Shown piece by piece: positions 1-9,594 of a DNA stretch of 64,000 nt. Origin of the DNA: Escherichia coli 042 (GTDB taxonomy: Bacteria > Pseudomonadota > Gammaproteobacteria > Enterobacterales > Enterobacteriaceae); the NCBI RefSeq assembly GCF_000027125.1, contig NC_017626.1. One strand, 5' to 3'. Every line of letters starts with the position of its first letter. Position 1 is the first letter of the stretch. The notes under the pieces were generated by a model. That model was given only the letters and a program-made list of their open reading frames with translations, searched no databases and was not told where the DNA came from. Made by a program: the position numbers and the translations under genes.

Positions 1-469
1 TACAGGGTTCGGTGATGGTATAGCGGTATTTGTGTGCGCCTGTGCGTTCCGGTACAACACACCCCGGCGCATAAGGATGAAGTGATTTTGGCTGCCCGTC
101 CTGCCCCCACTCAATAACCGCATAGGCGTTACCGTTCAGCAGACAGTGACGCATCATTGTGCGTTTAAACTGGTAAGGTGTCTGGCACGAATTAGGCTGC
201 TCATTCAGCAGAATATCTACCGGATGACTGTCCAGCCATTCCCGCGCCTCCCTGCCCTTGTCATTACGTACCAGATACAGATAACACGGCATCGTGGCCA
301 CCGCCTCAGCGATGACAGAAACCGCGTTCATCACAGCAGGCAATGATTCAGCCGTCCCGGCAGAAACATATTCTCCGGATCCGGTATTCGGTACGCCGGA
401 CAGCGCCAGAAAATCATCAATGGACAGGTTACGTTGCTCGCTTTTTTTACGACTAAAAGGCCACCACAT
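1..469 (-). CDS. phage portal protein, HK97-type (N-terminal part only; gene continues beyond window start)
   Basis: Hand translation of minus strand from ATG at 469-467 gives MWWPFSRKKSEQRNLSIDDFLAL..., an N-terminus typical of HK97-family portals; start overlaps protease stop (ATGA). Absent from ORF track because the stop lies outside the window. Confidence 0.5.
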   Translation of the reverse strand, partial: MWWPFSRKKSEQRNLSIDDFLALSGVPNTGSGEYVSAGTAESLPAVMNAVSVIAEAVATMPCYLYLVRNDKGREAREWLDSHPVDILLNEQPNSCQTPYQFKRTMMRHCLLNGNAYAVIEWGQDGQPKSLHPYAPGCVVPERTGAHKYRYTITEPC

Positions 470-470
470 A

Positions 471-1031
471 TCACAACCCCGCCAGTTCAGCCCAGCGATG
501 ACGATTATTTCCTGCCGGGCGTAATTCAGGGTGCTGTGCAAACAACGAACGGTGGGCAATCTCCACGCCAGATTCTGGATAAGCAGGCATCGACGTTATT
601 GTGATTTCTCGGAGTTCAGCGGCGGTTACGGTACGCAAATACGGTTTTTGCGCGATATTCCATTCTTCGCATAATGCGCGAAAGCCAAAGCTCATTCCTG
701 TAATGTCGCCACGCGACACCAGCGTGAGCACATCTTTTCCAAGCTGGGTATCAGGCGGTGTCAGTTCAAAACGTAGCCCGGTGTTGTCCCCAGTCAGTAC
801 CAGAGTGCCGGATTTGGTGCGCCCCAGCAGTTGGGTATAGTCATGCTCATACAGGCAGCGCACATCATTACCCGCCGCCAGATAGTCAGCAAAAGCCCCC
901 GGCGTGAACTGTTCGCGGAATTCGTCCCAGATAATTTCTGAAAGGCTGTTCCAGCGAACGGCATACCCCACCAGCTTTTTATTGCTGGCGGTCAGTTCAG
1001 ATGTGCGGATTTCAAAATCGGTGTTTTTCAT
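471..1031 (-). CDS. HK97-family prohead maturation protease (S78)
   Basis: 186 aa; motif pattern VGYA..WN...D.F.E.F.PGAF......HD...LGRT.SGTL.L..D..GL.F......GD..G.SFGF typical of prohead proteases. Confidence 0.8.
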   Translation of the reverse strand: MKNTDFEIRTSELTASNKKLVGYAVRWNSLSEIIWDEFREQFTPGAFADYLAAGNDVRCLYEHDYTQLLGRTKSGTLVLTGDNTGLRFELTPPDTQLGKDVLTLVSRGDITGMSFGFRALCEEWNIAQKPYLRTVTAAELREITITSMPAYPESGVEIAHRSLFAQHPELRPAGNNRHRWAELAGL

Positions 1032-1085
1032 CGGTGTACTCCATAAAGCTGAAAAAGGAGGCCGCAGCCTCCTCCTTACTCATGA

Positions 1086-2255
1086 CTAGCCAGCTTTCAT
1101 TTCCAGAATTTTGATGGCGTTTGAATCCACCACACCACCGCCCAGATATTTATCCGTGTGGACCTTGTAGAATCCGGGTTCAGTAATGTTGTCCGGTCGG
1201 GTGCGAATCCCTGTTACATGATCAACGATGAAATAACCACGACTGAAATCGCCAACCGCTAGCGGTGCTTTTCCTGCGCCGATGTCCGGCATGGACTCCA
1301 GGCAGAAAACAGGACGACCAAGCAACATATCCGGCGCACCTTCTTTAAGGCTGTCGCGCCAGATATAATCGCCATTCTCATTTTTCAGCTTCTGTAGTGT
1401 CCCTGCCGTGCCCGAGTTCATCACCCAGACGGCATTTTTGCGGTATTTCGCTTTCAGCTTGTAGAGAATGTCGATCAGTTCGTCCGCTGTAATGGCGGTT
1501 CCACTTGCCGCTACCACTTTTTCAATGGTGCCAAAAGCGCGGGTTTTGTCACTGGTCGCCGCACGGGTGTAAGCCATGAAGCCTTTCGGCTTGCCGTTAC
1601 CGTCGCCATTAACAAAATCATCCTCTTCGGTGCTGGCGAACGTGTCGGCAATTTCGGAGGATAACCAGCCCAGAATATCCACCTCTGAAAAATCCAGGAT
1701 TTCCTGCGTGGTTTTCGGGTAGGCGTAGATCGGATTCAGCTTGATGGTTACACGTTCAATTTTCGGGGTGTTGGTTTCACTACGTGCGCTGCCTTCTGTG
1801 CCTCGTCCTACAGTTGCGCCGCCAGTGGAAACCAGTTTCTGAAACTCATTTGATTTTGCGGTCTTCACGGTCGCGATCACGCGCATAACACTGTCATCCT
1901 GTAGCTGGCGCATGACTTCGCGATCAAGCTCAGGAATTACGGTATATCCGCCATCCCTGCCGCTGTCAGTGCTGGTGGTCAGTGATCGCACATCTCCGGT
2001 TACGATGTAGTTACGCAATTCATCAGATGATAATTTCTGGATGCCCGTTCCTGGCTTGCTGCGTTCTTCATCAGCCACAGACTCGAGGCGGGAAATTTCT
2101 GTGTCGAGGGAATCGGCTTTTGCACGCAGTTCATCAAACTGTTTGCCCTCGTCATCGTTCAGGCTGCGGTTTTCACTGTCGGCTTTTTCCAGCAGGGATC
2201 GCATCTGGTTTTTCAGGGCGGTTTTTTGCTGGCGGAGTTCGATTAATTTCTTCAT
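1086..2255 (-). CDS. HK97-type major capsid protein with N-terminal coiled-coil delta/scaffold domain
   Basis: 389 aa; charged coiled-coil N-terminus then FVNGDGNG...NSGT...GDYIW pattern characteristic of HK97-fold capsid proteins. Confidence 0.85.
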   Translation of the reverse strand: MKKLIELRQQKTALKNQMRSLLEKADSENRSLNDDEGKQFDELRAKADSLDTEISRLESVADEERSKPGTGIQKLSSDELRNYIVTGDVRSLTTSTDSGRDGGYTVIPELDREVMRQLQDDSVMRVIATVKTAKSNEFQKLVSTGGATVGRGTEGSARSETNTPKIERVTIKLNPIYAYPKTTQEILDFSEVDILGWLSSEIADTFASTEEDDFVNGDGNGKPKGFMAYTRAATSDKTRAFGTIEKVVAASGTAITADELIDILYKLKAKYRKNAVWVMNSGTAGTLQKLKNENGDYIWRDSLKEGAPDMLLGRPVFCLESMPDIGAGKAPLAVGDFSRGYFIVDHVTGIRTRPDNITEPGFYKVHTDKYLGGGVVDSNAIKILEMKAG

Positions 2256-2541
2256 GAAGGTTTTCTCGTATTGGTTAAGATTCAGGACGTGAAACCAACA
2301 CGGAGGGAGCGCCGCCCGACACTCTCGGCATCTCGCAGATCAACCCGGCATCGCGCAGGGGGTCAGGCGGCATTGTGGCGGCTCACGTCTGAGTGCCACA
2401 CGCCAACATATACATAAAAATCAGTATGTAAACACCTGTCAGTAAGGCCGAACAACCACGAAAAAACACGAACAAATAATTTACAAAAGAAGTAAACCAT
2501 GGCCTATTATTGCTACCTCTGACTACAACAAAGGACGCATC

Positions 2542-3048
2542 ATGAATTTAAGCGCAATGGTATACCCTGATACTTTCATAATTAATGGCGAATCATTTAA
2601 AGGTAAAAGAAACGCAAAAGAAAACAAGGTATTAATTCCATATACAAATGAACCGGAAGTAACTATTGGTCAACACATTATCCAGTGTGTCGGTAAAAAC
2701 GAGATAAATCTAAAAATTATAGATATGAAGTTGCTTCCCAATGGAACCCTCAGACAGGGAACCAACCATCCAAATATGTTGACGCTCTATATTGAAAATA
2801 TCACGGGAAATGAACATATGACGCCACCTAAAAGTAATACATTTAACATTGGTTCAATTAGTGGTAATCAAGTGCAGATAGGTGAGCATAACCATATGCT
2901 GGTAAACATCAGCATCACTGAACTGGTTGAAAAAGTCTCTAAATCGGGGGATGTACAAGCCAAATCAGTATTAAAGCAGTTACTGGAAAACAGTACCGTT
3001 GCCAGCATTGTTGGGGCTGGCGCAAGTGCCTTAATAGGCTTACTGTAA
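2542..3048 (+). CDS. hypothetical protein, AT-rich orphan cargo gene in satellite island
   Basis: 168 aa ORF with AAAGGA RBS upstream; only sizeable plus-strand gene in a minus-strand block; strongly AT-rich codon usage; hydrophobic Gly/Ala-rich C-terminus (VASIVGAGASALIGLL); no recognisable family. Confidence 0.55.
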   Translation: MNLSAMVYPDTFIINGESFKGKRNAKENKVLIPYTNEPEVTIGQHIIQCVGKNEINLKIIDMKLLPNGTLRQGTNHPNMLTLYIENITGNEHMTPPKSNTFNIGSISGNQVQIGEHNHMLVNISITELVEKVSKSGDVQAKSVLKQLLENSTVASIVGAGASALIGLL

Positions 3049-3083
3049 AAAAATGGCCTGGATTTTACCAGGCCTTTATCATT

Positions 3084-3371
3084 TTACCGTTTCACGGGAT
3101 CCCGCATTCTGCTTCTTAGTTTCCACAGGTATTCGATCATCGCTTCCACCTGCTCACGGTTGGTTGCGAAAATTTCCCCGGTCAGTGAGCTGCGCAGAAA
3201 ATCATGATGATCCACAACAAACAACGCATCGGAAGAAAGCAGACGGCGATATTTTTTTGCTGTCGTGGTTTCCAGATCATCAAAACCATGAAACTTTTTA
3301 TGTTGCTGAACTTCTTCAAATGTCACAGGCATGTTTCCTCCTGCTACCACGATACCAGAAACAGTTAACAA
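3084..3371 (-). CDS. hypothetical protein
   Basis: 95 aa ORF co-oriented with island replication genes; no recognisable motif. Confidence 0.35.
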   Translation of the reverse strand: MLTVSGIVVAGGNMPVTFEEVQQHKKFHGFDDLETTTAKKYRRLLSSDALFVVDHHDFLRSSLTGEIFATNREQVEAMIEYLWKLRSRMRDPVKR

Positions 3372-3673
3372 CCGTTATCAATTATCCCCTTTTTTTTCGG
3401 GTAGTTCCTGAACATCTCACCGCCAGGTTTCTGTAAGCCCATCCCGGTATGTGTGCGGTTTATGGCCTCTTTCAGTATTCCGAAATTATCCGGTATGACT
3501 GGTTGGCGCGCTGCCTTACGGATACATTCCGCGCGACGCTTTGCCACCTGTTCGCGCTCCTTGTCAGTGCTCACCAGCCACATAACATCAGCCCAACGTG
3601 CCGCCGCTCTCCGGTACAGCCCTTTAGCCTCCAGTTCTTCCGCTTTGCTGTCTTTAATCATGCTGTACCTCAC
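3365..3673 (-). CDS. PerC-family transcriptional activator-like protein
   Basis: 102 aa; MIKDSKAEELEAKGLYRRAAARWADVM resembles PerC-family N-terminus. Confidence 0.5.
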   Translation of the reverse strand: MRYSMIKDSKAEELEAKGLYRRAAARWADVMWLVSTDKEREQVAKRRAECIRKAARQPVIPDNFGILKEAINRTHTGMGLQKPGGEMFRNYPKKKGIIDNGC

Positions 3674-3676
3674 TGC

Positions 3677-4102
3677 TTAAAACGGTATCCCGTCCCCGTA
3701 CGGATCATCGTGCTGGCCTGTCTGTTGTTTTGCCCTGTTCAGTGCGTCAGTAGCCTGGCCCTGCTGGCCTTTTTTGCCGCCCGGTCGCGCCGTTCGCGCA
3801 CTGATTACGCTGTCTGCGATGACCTGCCAGCCCTGCCGCATTTCGCCGTTCTGGCCTGTCCACTGGCTTACCTGCATGTTACCCGCCACACTCACCAGTT
3901 CGCCTTTCTGGTGTTTTGCCAGTGCATCGGCCTGTCTGCCAAACGCCAGGACGGATAACCACATCGTCGCCGTTCCGTCATCTGCCTGGCTGCACGGCAG
4001 GGGAACCGCCATACTCGCCATAGCCATTTGTGTCCCCTTGCTGGTGGTCTTTAACTGCGGGTCAGCCACCAGCCGCCCGTAAGCCGCTATCTGTGCTGTC
4101 AT
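3677..4102 (-). CDS. single-stranded DNA-binding protein-like (OB-fold)
   Basis: 141 aa; OB-fold-like core followed by Gly/Gln-rich tail and acidic C-terminal end (DDPYGDGIPF) as in SSB proteins. Confidence 0.55.
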   Translation of the reverse strand: MTAQIAAYGRLVADPQLKTTSKGTQMAMASMAVPLPCSQADDGTATMWLSVLAFGRQADALAKHQKGELVSVAGNMQVSQWTGQNGEMRQGWQVIADSVISARTARPGGKKGQQGQATDALNRAKQQTGQHDDPYGDGIPF

Positions 4103-4312
4103 GCTGTCTGTTCTCCGGTTTTAACGTTGATTGTTACGCTTGTTTACACCCTTACGGTGAAATTCTGCGGGTTATAATCGCACTTTTGCGGGTTATAACT
4201 GCCGTTTTGCGGGTTACGTGCGGGTTACTGATTTCCTTTTTATTCATACAGTTAATGCACTTATACACAGGATAACCCGCATAACCCGCAACTTTTCACC
4301 TCACACAGGGGG

Positions 4313-6433
4313 TTAATCTTCTGCCTCAGGCTGGAACATCAGCACGTAAAAAACATGCTGCTTCCCCCCAATTTTGCCGAGCGCCTTTTTCTTGTAACGG
4401 CGATCGTTACCCGCTTCCAGCATTCCGGCAGCACTCAACGCGCGGGCAAAGTGAGACGGATTAAATCCCTGTGCTATCTCACCCTCAAATACATGCGGGA
4501 ACGTGTAAAAACGGAACTCGTCATCTTCGTTTCTGATACTCCCCTTTCTGTATCCGGCAAGCTCTTTAATCGGTAAATCACGCTCGTCGGTGTTGGGCCA
4601 CGGAAGGTATCTGCTGAATCCGAACGACGCTAAAAAAGCCTCTGCCTGTTCAACCATCTGTTTAAACTCCCTGTTACCCGTGCCGAACTCCTTCACCCAG
4701 GCATTAAAATTATGCTGAATGGCATCGCGGCACGCCTGAACATCCCAACCAGTAATATGGACGGAAAGCACCAGCGCCGACTCCAGCATGGCGAATCGTT
4801 CCCCCACACGGTGAACCTGTTCGCCGTAACTCTCCGGTATCAGGTTGCGCCACCGTTCACGGCATGCCCTTACCGTATCCTTTGCCTCCTGCTGGTGGTC
4901 TGCCAGCCATTTAACCCATTCACGCCCCGCCGCCCCGTGATTTTCTGTCCAGGCATCCTTTAACGCGTCTGCGTGTGCCTTTCCGGTGCTGTATTCGTGA
5001 AACTGCGTGGCTTTTTCCATTGGCACGTTAAGCAGGCGGACAAGCTGCCCCGCCTTGACTTTTATCCCCTCCGTTTTGAGGAATGTCTCAACGTCCATTT
5101 CTCCGGTGCTGATTGCCACCGTGCGCCAGTGTTTGATCTCCCTGTTGCCGCCGTCCTTCGCCCCCTGTAATTTCCCCGAACCGTTAAACAGCGTATAAGC
5201 CGACGTGGACACTTCCCGCGCGTTTCCGGCCTGACCTATTTCATCCAGGGGTAATAGCCCGTCATTGTGCGCCTCTGCCTCGTTGGCGATGCCTAACGCT
5301 GTACCGTACCAGGTCAGCCGTTGCGCGTCCGGCTCTCCCCATAAACTGGATGCGATGTTCTGTGTGGTGGTTTTCCCTGCCGATGACTGTTCGAAAAGAT
5401 GTACCCCGAAGCCGTCAGCACCCACCAGCCCGATTAATGGTGCGGATAACGATACCGCCACACCCAGCATCATGGACGGATTACCACCAGCCAGCCGCGC
5501 AACGGTATCGCGCCAGCCCTCCGCCGTTCCTGCCACAGAATAGCCATTAACGGCAGCCGTTTTTCCGGTAAACAGGATCGGTTTTTCAGACTCACCAATG
5601 ACTGAACCGTCCGGCATGATGTACGCACCAAAATGCCAGCCCGTTGTTGTGCTTAACTGCCATTCCTCATGGTTTCCGCTTAACTGCATCCAGTCAGCCA
5701 GGATAGCCCTGTATTTGCCGTTAGTTGTTACGTTAAGGCCGTGGTCTTTCAGCAACCGCCAGCCGTCACGGTCGCCAATGCCCCCGCACGGAACCGCCAT
5801 TGTGATGACTTCATGGTTTGCGGGTTTCTTCCAGCGCATCACGCGGTAATGCTCTTTGCCGATTGTCCCCGTTCCCAGTAGTTCAAGCGGGGAACATAAC
5901 CACGTCTCAGGCCGGATAATTTCGCCTGACTGCTTGTCAACTTTGGGCGTTACCCAGAAAACACCATCGGCGCGACTTTCAACGCGGGGCTTTAATTCAT
6001 CATCGCCCTGGCTTTCTGTGATTTTTTTCTTTAAGGGCAACACCAGACTTTCCCCGCGCTCGTATTCGTCTTTCAGCCGGGCAAGCTGCGGTGTCCAGTC
6101 CTCCAGTAGTTCACCGTTCTCGTCACAAAAACTGGCTTCCTTAACACCAGCCACTGCCAGCAGGGTTTCAATCTGTAACGCCTGTCTGTCATCCAGCTTT
6201 CCGGCACGTCTGACCATGGCGCGTAACCGTCCATCATCCACAATACGCAGGTTTTCCAGATTACCCAGGTCACGCCGCCCGAGATAAACAGGTGGTATTT
6301 TGTCGCCGCGCTTTCTGGCTTCTCCGCCCTGCATGTAATGCTCTGCGTGGCTGTATGCGTCATCCCCCGCAAAAATCACTGCATCCTCGCCTTTATCTTT
6401 CGGTAACAGTTTTACGTTCGGTGCCAGTTTCAT
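4313..6433 (-). CDS. satellite/P4-family primase-helicase-like replication protein (DUF927/Toprim-like)
   Basis: 706 aa; central Walker A-like SSAGKTT; size and position after int/alpA match replication proteins of P4-like and PICI elements. Confidence 0.6.
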   Translation of the reverse strand: MKLAPNVKLLPKDKGEDAVIFAGDDAYSHAEHYMQGGEARKRGDKIPPVYLGRRDLGNLENLRIVDDGRLRAMVRRAGKLDDRQALQIETLLAVAGVKEASFCDENGELLEDWTPQLARLKDEYERGESLVLPLKKKITESQGDDELKPRVESRADGVFWVTPKVDKQSGEIIRPETWLCSPLELLGTGTIGKEHYRVMRWKKPANHEVITMAVPCGGIGDRDGWRLLKDHGLNVTTNGKYRAILADWMQLSGNHEEWQLSTTTGWHFGAYIMPDGSVIGESEKPILFTGKTAAVNGYSVAGTAEGWRDTVARLAGGNPSMMLGVAVSLSAPLIGLVGADGFGVHLFEQSSAGKTTTQNIASSLWGEPDAQRLTWYGTALGIANEAEAHNDGLLPLDEIGQAGNAREVSTSAYTLFNGSGKLQGAKDGGNREIKHWRTVAISTGEMDVETFLKTEGIKVKAGQLVRLLNVPMEKATQFHEYSTGKAHADALKDAWTENHGAAGREWVKWLADHQQEAKDTVRACRERWRNLIPESYGEQVHRVGERFAMLESALVLSVHITGWDVQACRDAIQHNFNAWVKEFGTGNREFKQMVEQAEAFLASFGFSRYLPWPNTDERDLPIKELAGYRKGSIRNEDDEFRFYTFPHVFEGEIAQGFNPSHFARALSAAGMLEAGNDRRYKKKALGKIGGKQHVFYVLMFQPEAED

Positions 6434-6729
6434 TTTTTACCTCTGGATGCGCTGAGCATGCTTTTTATTTTCTTAATATTTTCCCGTGCTTTTTCCCTGC
6501 TGGTGGGCTTACCGCGTGTTGCGTTCTGTACCAGAGAAAAATCACGCCGGAACTGATAAACAGGCATCACGCAGTCATAGCCGTACCCATCACGGCGGTA
6601 AGTAACGCACCGTCCCGCCACGCTTTTAATCGTTACCGTGCCGCCGTAGTTATCCCGGAAAATATCGCCGGGGCGGATTTCAGGCCGAGCGGGGCCGCTG
6701 GCAGTAAAGCCAGAAATTTTCTGTTTCAT
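6430..6729 (-). CDS. hypothetical protein
   Basis: 99 aa ORF, stop overlaps primase start; basic C-terminus. Confidence 0.4.
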   Translation of the reverse strand: MKQKISGFTASGPARPEIRPGDIFRDNYGGTVTIKSVAGRCVTYRRDGYGYDCVMPVYQFRRDFSLVQNATRGKPTSREKARENIKKIKSMLSASRGKK

Positions 6730-6734
6730 GGTTT

Positions 6735-6968
6735 TTATTTCCCGGTGTGTTGCTCTTTATATCTGTCGTGCAAGATGTCTATTTCTTGCAGTTCATTTAT
6801 TACAGGCTCAAGAAGCGTTATTAATGCTGTTGCAATATTGCTGTTGCGTTTATCTCTTTCATTATCGCCAAGCGTTTCAAGCCATAAGCGCAATATTTCA
6901 AGCATGTTTTCACTGTAAGCAAGTGCGCTGTATGCATGATCTACTGTGTCATTGTAAATATCATGCAT
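6735..6968 (-). CDS. hypothetical protein
   Basis: 77 aa ORF tightly packed in operon. Confidence 0.35.
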   Translation of the reverse strand: MHDIYNDTVDHAYSALAYSENMLEILRLWLETLGDNERDKRNSNIATALITLLEPVINELQEIDILHDRYKEQHTGK

Positions 6969-6971
6969 GGC

Positions 6972-7172
6972 TCACCCCCCCTGAATATTCGCGTTAATCA
7001 TTCCGACACGCTCTGCGAGTTCCTGTAATGATTCCCTTGTTGCGACAATTGCTTCATCTGGCAGGTGGTAATTACTCACCACGCGACCTTTATCCACATT
7101 GACTAGCAACTGCCCGGTGAATTTCTCACGAAACTGGATGCGGTTAAGGTCGGTAAGTGACAGGTTAATCAT
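6972..7172 (-). CDS. hypothetical protein
   Basis: 66 aa ORF, first gene after regulatory region. Confidence 0.35.
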   Translation of the reverse strand: MINLSLTDLNRIQFREKFTGQLLVNVDKGRVVSNYHLPDEAIVATRESLQELAERVGMINANIQGG

Positions 7173-7445
7173 GGTGTACCCCCTGACGAATACGGGCGGC
7201 GAATACCATCACGCAGCCAGCCGGGGATTGCTGGCGTGCTTCCTGTTCGCTGGTGGCCTCAATGGTAATCACGCGCGGTTGTGCCGTGCTCAGGGCGATA
7301 AAACGCCAGATATATTTATTCAGGTTGTGCGAGTCCCGCCCTTGCGGGTGTGTGGTATGATTTCTCATAGCTACCTCGATACTCTTGCTATCGTTGGTGG
7401 TTAGACGCCCTGCATGTGTTGCGAGCACTGCGGGGCGTTGCTTAA

Positions 7446-7556
7446 TTTGAGTGACAAAACTCAAACTGTGCGCACAGATTAAAATCATGTGTGCGCACAT
7501 GTCAATACTTAACATCTCATTTTTTTTGCTGTATTGTGTGCGCCCATAAAGTCCAT
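7446..7556. promoter_or_regulatory. candidate operator/switch region of the satellite island
   Basis: Perfect palindrome TGTGCGCACA at 7467-7476 and 7490-7499 (23 bp centre-to-centre), half-site TGTGCGCC at 7547; inverted repeat TTTGAGT-N6-ACTCAAA at 7446-7465; lies between oppositely oriented gene blocks. Confidence 0.5.
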
Positions 7557-7573
7557 TTAAGTGAGGTGCATCA

Positions 7574-7771
7574 ATGTCTAGCGGTAACACAAACAACAAA
7601 TCAGCAAAGAAAAATATTCGATTCCCACATGAGCTTATAGATGGGATTGATGCCAGCGTTGAACAAGAAAAATTAACTAATCCTAGTGCTAATTTTTCCG
7701 CATGGGTCTTAGATGCCTGTGGACGCAAATTAAAATATGAACAGCGCCGGAAGGCCAAAGAATCAGAATAA
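7574..7771 (+). CDS. small DNA-binding protein, possibly ribbon-helix-helix (candidate island regulator)
   Basis: 65 aa ORF immediately downstream of palindrome cluster; fold assignment is a guess. Confidence 0.4.
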   Translation: MSSGNTNNKSAKKNIRFPHELIDGIDASVEQEKLTNPSANFSAWVLDACGRKLKYEQRRKAKESE

Positions 7772-7813
7772 TCACTATCAGCGCCGTGGTGTGAGTAACT
7801 ACGGCGCATTGCT

Positions 7814-8002
7814 ATGCAGGACAACACAATGACCGATAAAGAATTGACCAAAACATTATCACCGACACGGAAAAGACGGCGCAGAAAGATAGAGCATGAA
7901 TCAGAAAGATTCGCACCTTGTTCGTTTGCTCTTGAGAAATTCCTTAAAGAGCGCAGGAAAAAGCTCTCGTTGCAAACCTTGGAACGAACCAAATCTGACT
8001 GA
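7814..8002 (+). CDS. hypothetical small basic protein
   Basis: 62 aa ORF, Arg/Lys-rich. Confidence 0.3.
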   Translation: MQDNTMTDKELTKTLSPTRKRRRRKIEHESERFAPCSFALEKFLKERRKKLSLQTLERTKSD

Positions 8003-8382
8003 TCACATTGCCCACCAGCCGCAAATGTGGCATTGTTGGTGATGCTTTTGTTTTCCCTTGTTCCCACTGGCGACCCTTTTGCGGTCGCCTTTGTTTTGCC
8101 TGTTATCCGGCAATAGTGGCGCTTCGTCACCTGTCTGATATAATTCCACAGCTTATATTCATTTTTTGCGCAGTAGGTTAATTGTTCGCAAGGGCGCTCC
8201 GGCAACGGGGCGCTTTTTGTTTTTACCCACCAGCACAATAAAAATCTTCATTTTCCATTTTTGTAAAATTTCATGCTTTCCGGACGACTGGTCATATGTC
8301 ATTTTTTAGCAGAAGATTTTGCCTTGCTGGTGGGTAGCTTCCCGGTCAACACGATGTACCGTATAATCAACACCGCGTGTGG

Positions 8383-8961
8383 TTACTGAATACGCTCACC
8401 AAAGTAAAACTCAGGCTGGTATTCACGTATCAGCCTTTTTTCTTCTTCCTCCAGCTCACGCTTTTTGCGCTTACATGCCTGTAGCTCCCTCCCCTTCTCA
8501 CTGGCACTTATCTGGTATTGCTCTTTGCGGCGGGAAAAATCCTGTAATGCGCCCCACGGGATACCATAAGCCCCCGTTTTTCTGATACCCGGTATCACAT
8601 TTCTGAATACCCAGTTACTGAAACGATGAGCAAATGTGCCAGGCGTCGTTGCTTTGCGGCTGCGGGCTATTAGTTTGTAGAAACCTGATTCGGAGATAAT
8701 GCTCATATTCTGATTTCCTCCGGGGGTGTAAGTTAAATTTACTCCCTTTTCGTCATCATCAAGCATCTGCAACGCCGTACGCGAATTGGTCAGTTCCAGC
8801 GCAGCACAAACATCCTTTGCAACAAACCACGGATCGCCGTTTAGATACACCACACGAACATCCACGCCATCAAAGCGCAGAACGACCAGATCACGAATAT
8901 CACAGAATTTTTTCACATGACGTGCGTCACCCTTGCCCGTCACGGCAATATTTTTATTCAT
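8383..8961 (-). CDS. Bro-N domain protein (phage antirepressor-like)
   Basis: 192 aa; N-terminal region with WFVAKDVCAALEL motif typical of BRO-N/antirepressor domains. Confidence 0.6.
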   Translation of the reverse strand: MNKNIAVTGKGDARHVKKFCDIRDLVVLRFDGVDVRVVYLNGDPWFVAKDVCAALELTNSRTALQMLDDDEKGVNLTYTPGGNQNMSIISESGFYKLIARSRKATTPGTFAHRFSNWVFRNVIPGIRKTGAYGIPWGALQDFSRRKEQYQISASEKGRELQACKRKKRELEEEEKRLIREYQPEFYFGERIQ

Positions 8962-9018
8962 TGCTTTTTACCTCACATACAAAAAACCCCGCATTGCGTG
9001 GTGCGGGGTTGTCGGTAA

Positions 9019-9327
9019 TTACTTATTGGCGTTTTTGTATGGGCTGTTTACTTCCTTTACTCCTGGCGGATGCATAACCCACCAGAGCACATCAGAGAGC
9101 AACCAGGAAACAGACACTTTCCCTAAATGAGCACGAGCAGGAAATGCTCCCTCCTGTTCAAGTACCCAACGTCTGCTTCTTGAAAGCCCGGTACGATTGG
9201 CACACTCATGTTCGCGTATACGGCGATCATACGGTTCGCCATGATCTTTCAGAATCTGAATGCGTTCTTCGGGTGTAGGATAAATAAATTTTTGCATAAA
9301 AATATCACCTATAAAAAAACCCGCCAA
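9019..9327 (-). CDS. AlpA-like transcriptional regulator
   Basis: 102 aa; GLSRSRRWVLEQEGAFPAR pattern similar to AlpA/phage regulatory family. Confidence 0.5.
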   Translation of the reverse strand: MAGFFIGDIFMQKFIYPTPEERIQILKDHGEPYDRRIREHECANRTGLSRSRRWVLEQEGAFPARAHLGKVSVSWLLSDVLWWVMHPPGVKEVNSPYKNANK

Positions 9328-9360
9328 AAGACGGGTTGATTATATCTCATTTAATTTAGC

Positions 9361-9594
9361 TCAGGGTTTCCATTCACCTTTTACCCATTCCAGCACCTCA
9401 GATAAGCGCCAGACTTTTGTTTGTGGGCCAATACATATTTTTCGTGGAAATTTTCCTTCCTTTTCAAGTAACGATCTGTGTCTCCTGCCAAGAGCGGTTA
9501 ACCATGCACATTCATCTTCCTTAATCATCCTGTCGATTGTTTCATCATTTTCAAGTTCTTCACGCGTAACTATTTGAATCATTACTGTCACCAC
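9361..9594 (-). CDS. alpA: AlpA-family prophage regulatory protein
   Basis: 77 aa; HTH then FPRKICIGPQTKVWRLSEVLEWV, classic AlpA signature; directly downstream of integrase. Confidence 0.65.
   Translation of the reverse strand: MVTVMIQIVTREELENDETIDRMIKEDECAWLTALGRRHRSLLEKEGKFPRKICIGPQTKVWRLSEVLEWVKGEWKP

Noticed and set aside
3449-3958. 169-aa plus-strand ORF overlapping the SSB-like and PerC-like genes
   Set aside because: Antisense to two tightly packed minus-strand genes with recognisable products; Cys/Leu-rich junk-like translation.
6292-6918. 208-aa plus-strand ORF overlapping primase start and neighbouring small genes
   Set aside because: Antisense to a compact operon; no RBS or conserved features.
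7165-8238. 357-aa minus-strand ORF
   Set aside because: Low-complexity product, spans the palindromic regulatory region and overlaps two plus-strand small genes; likely a chance open frame.
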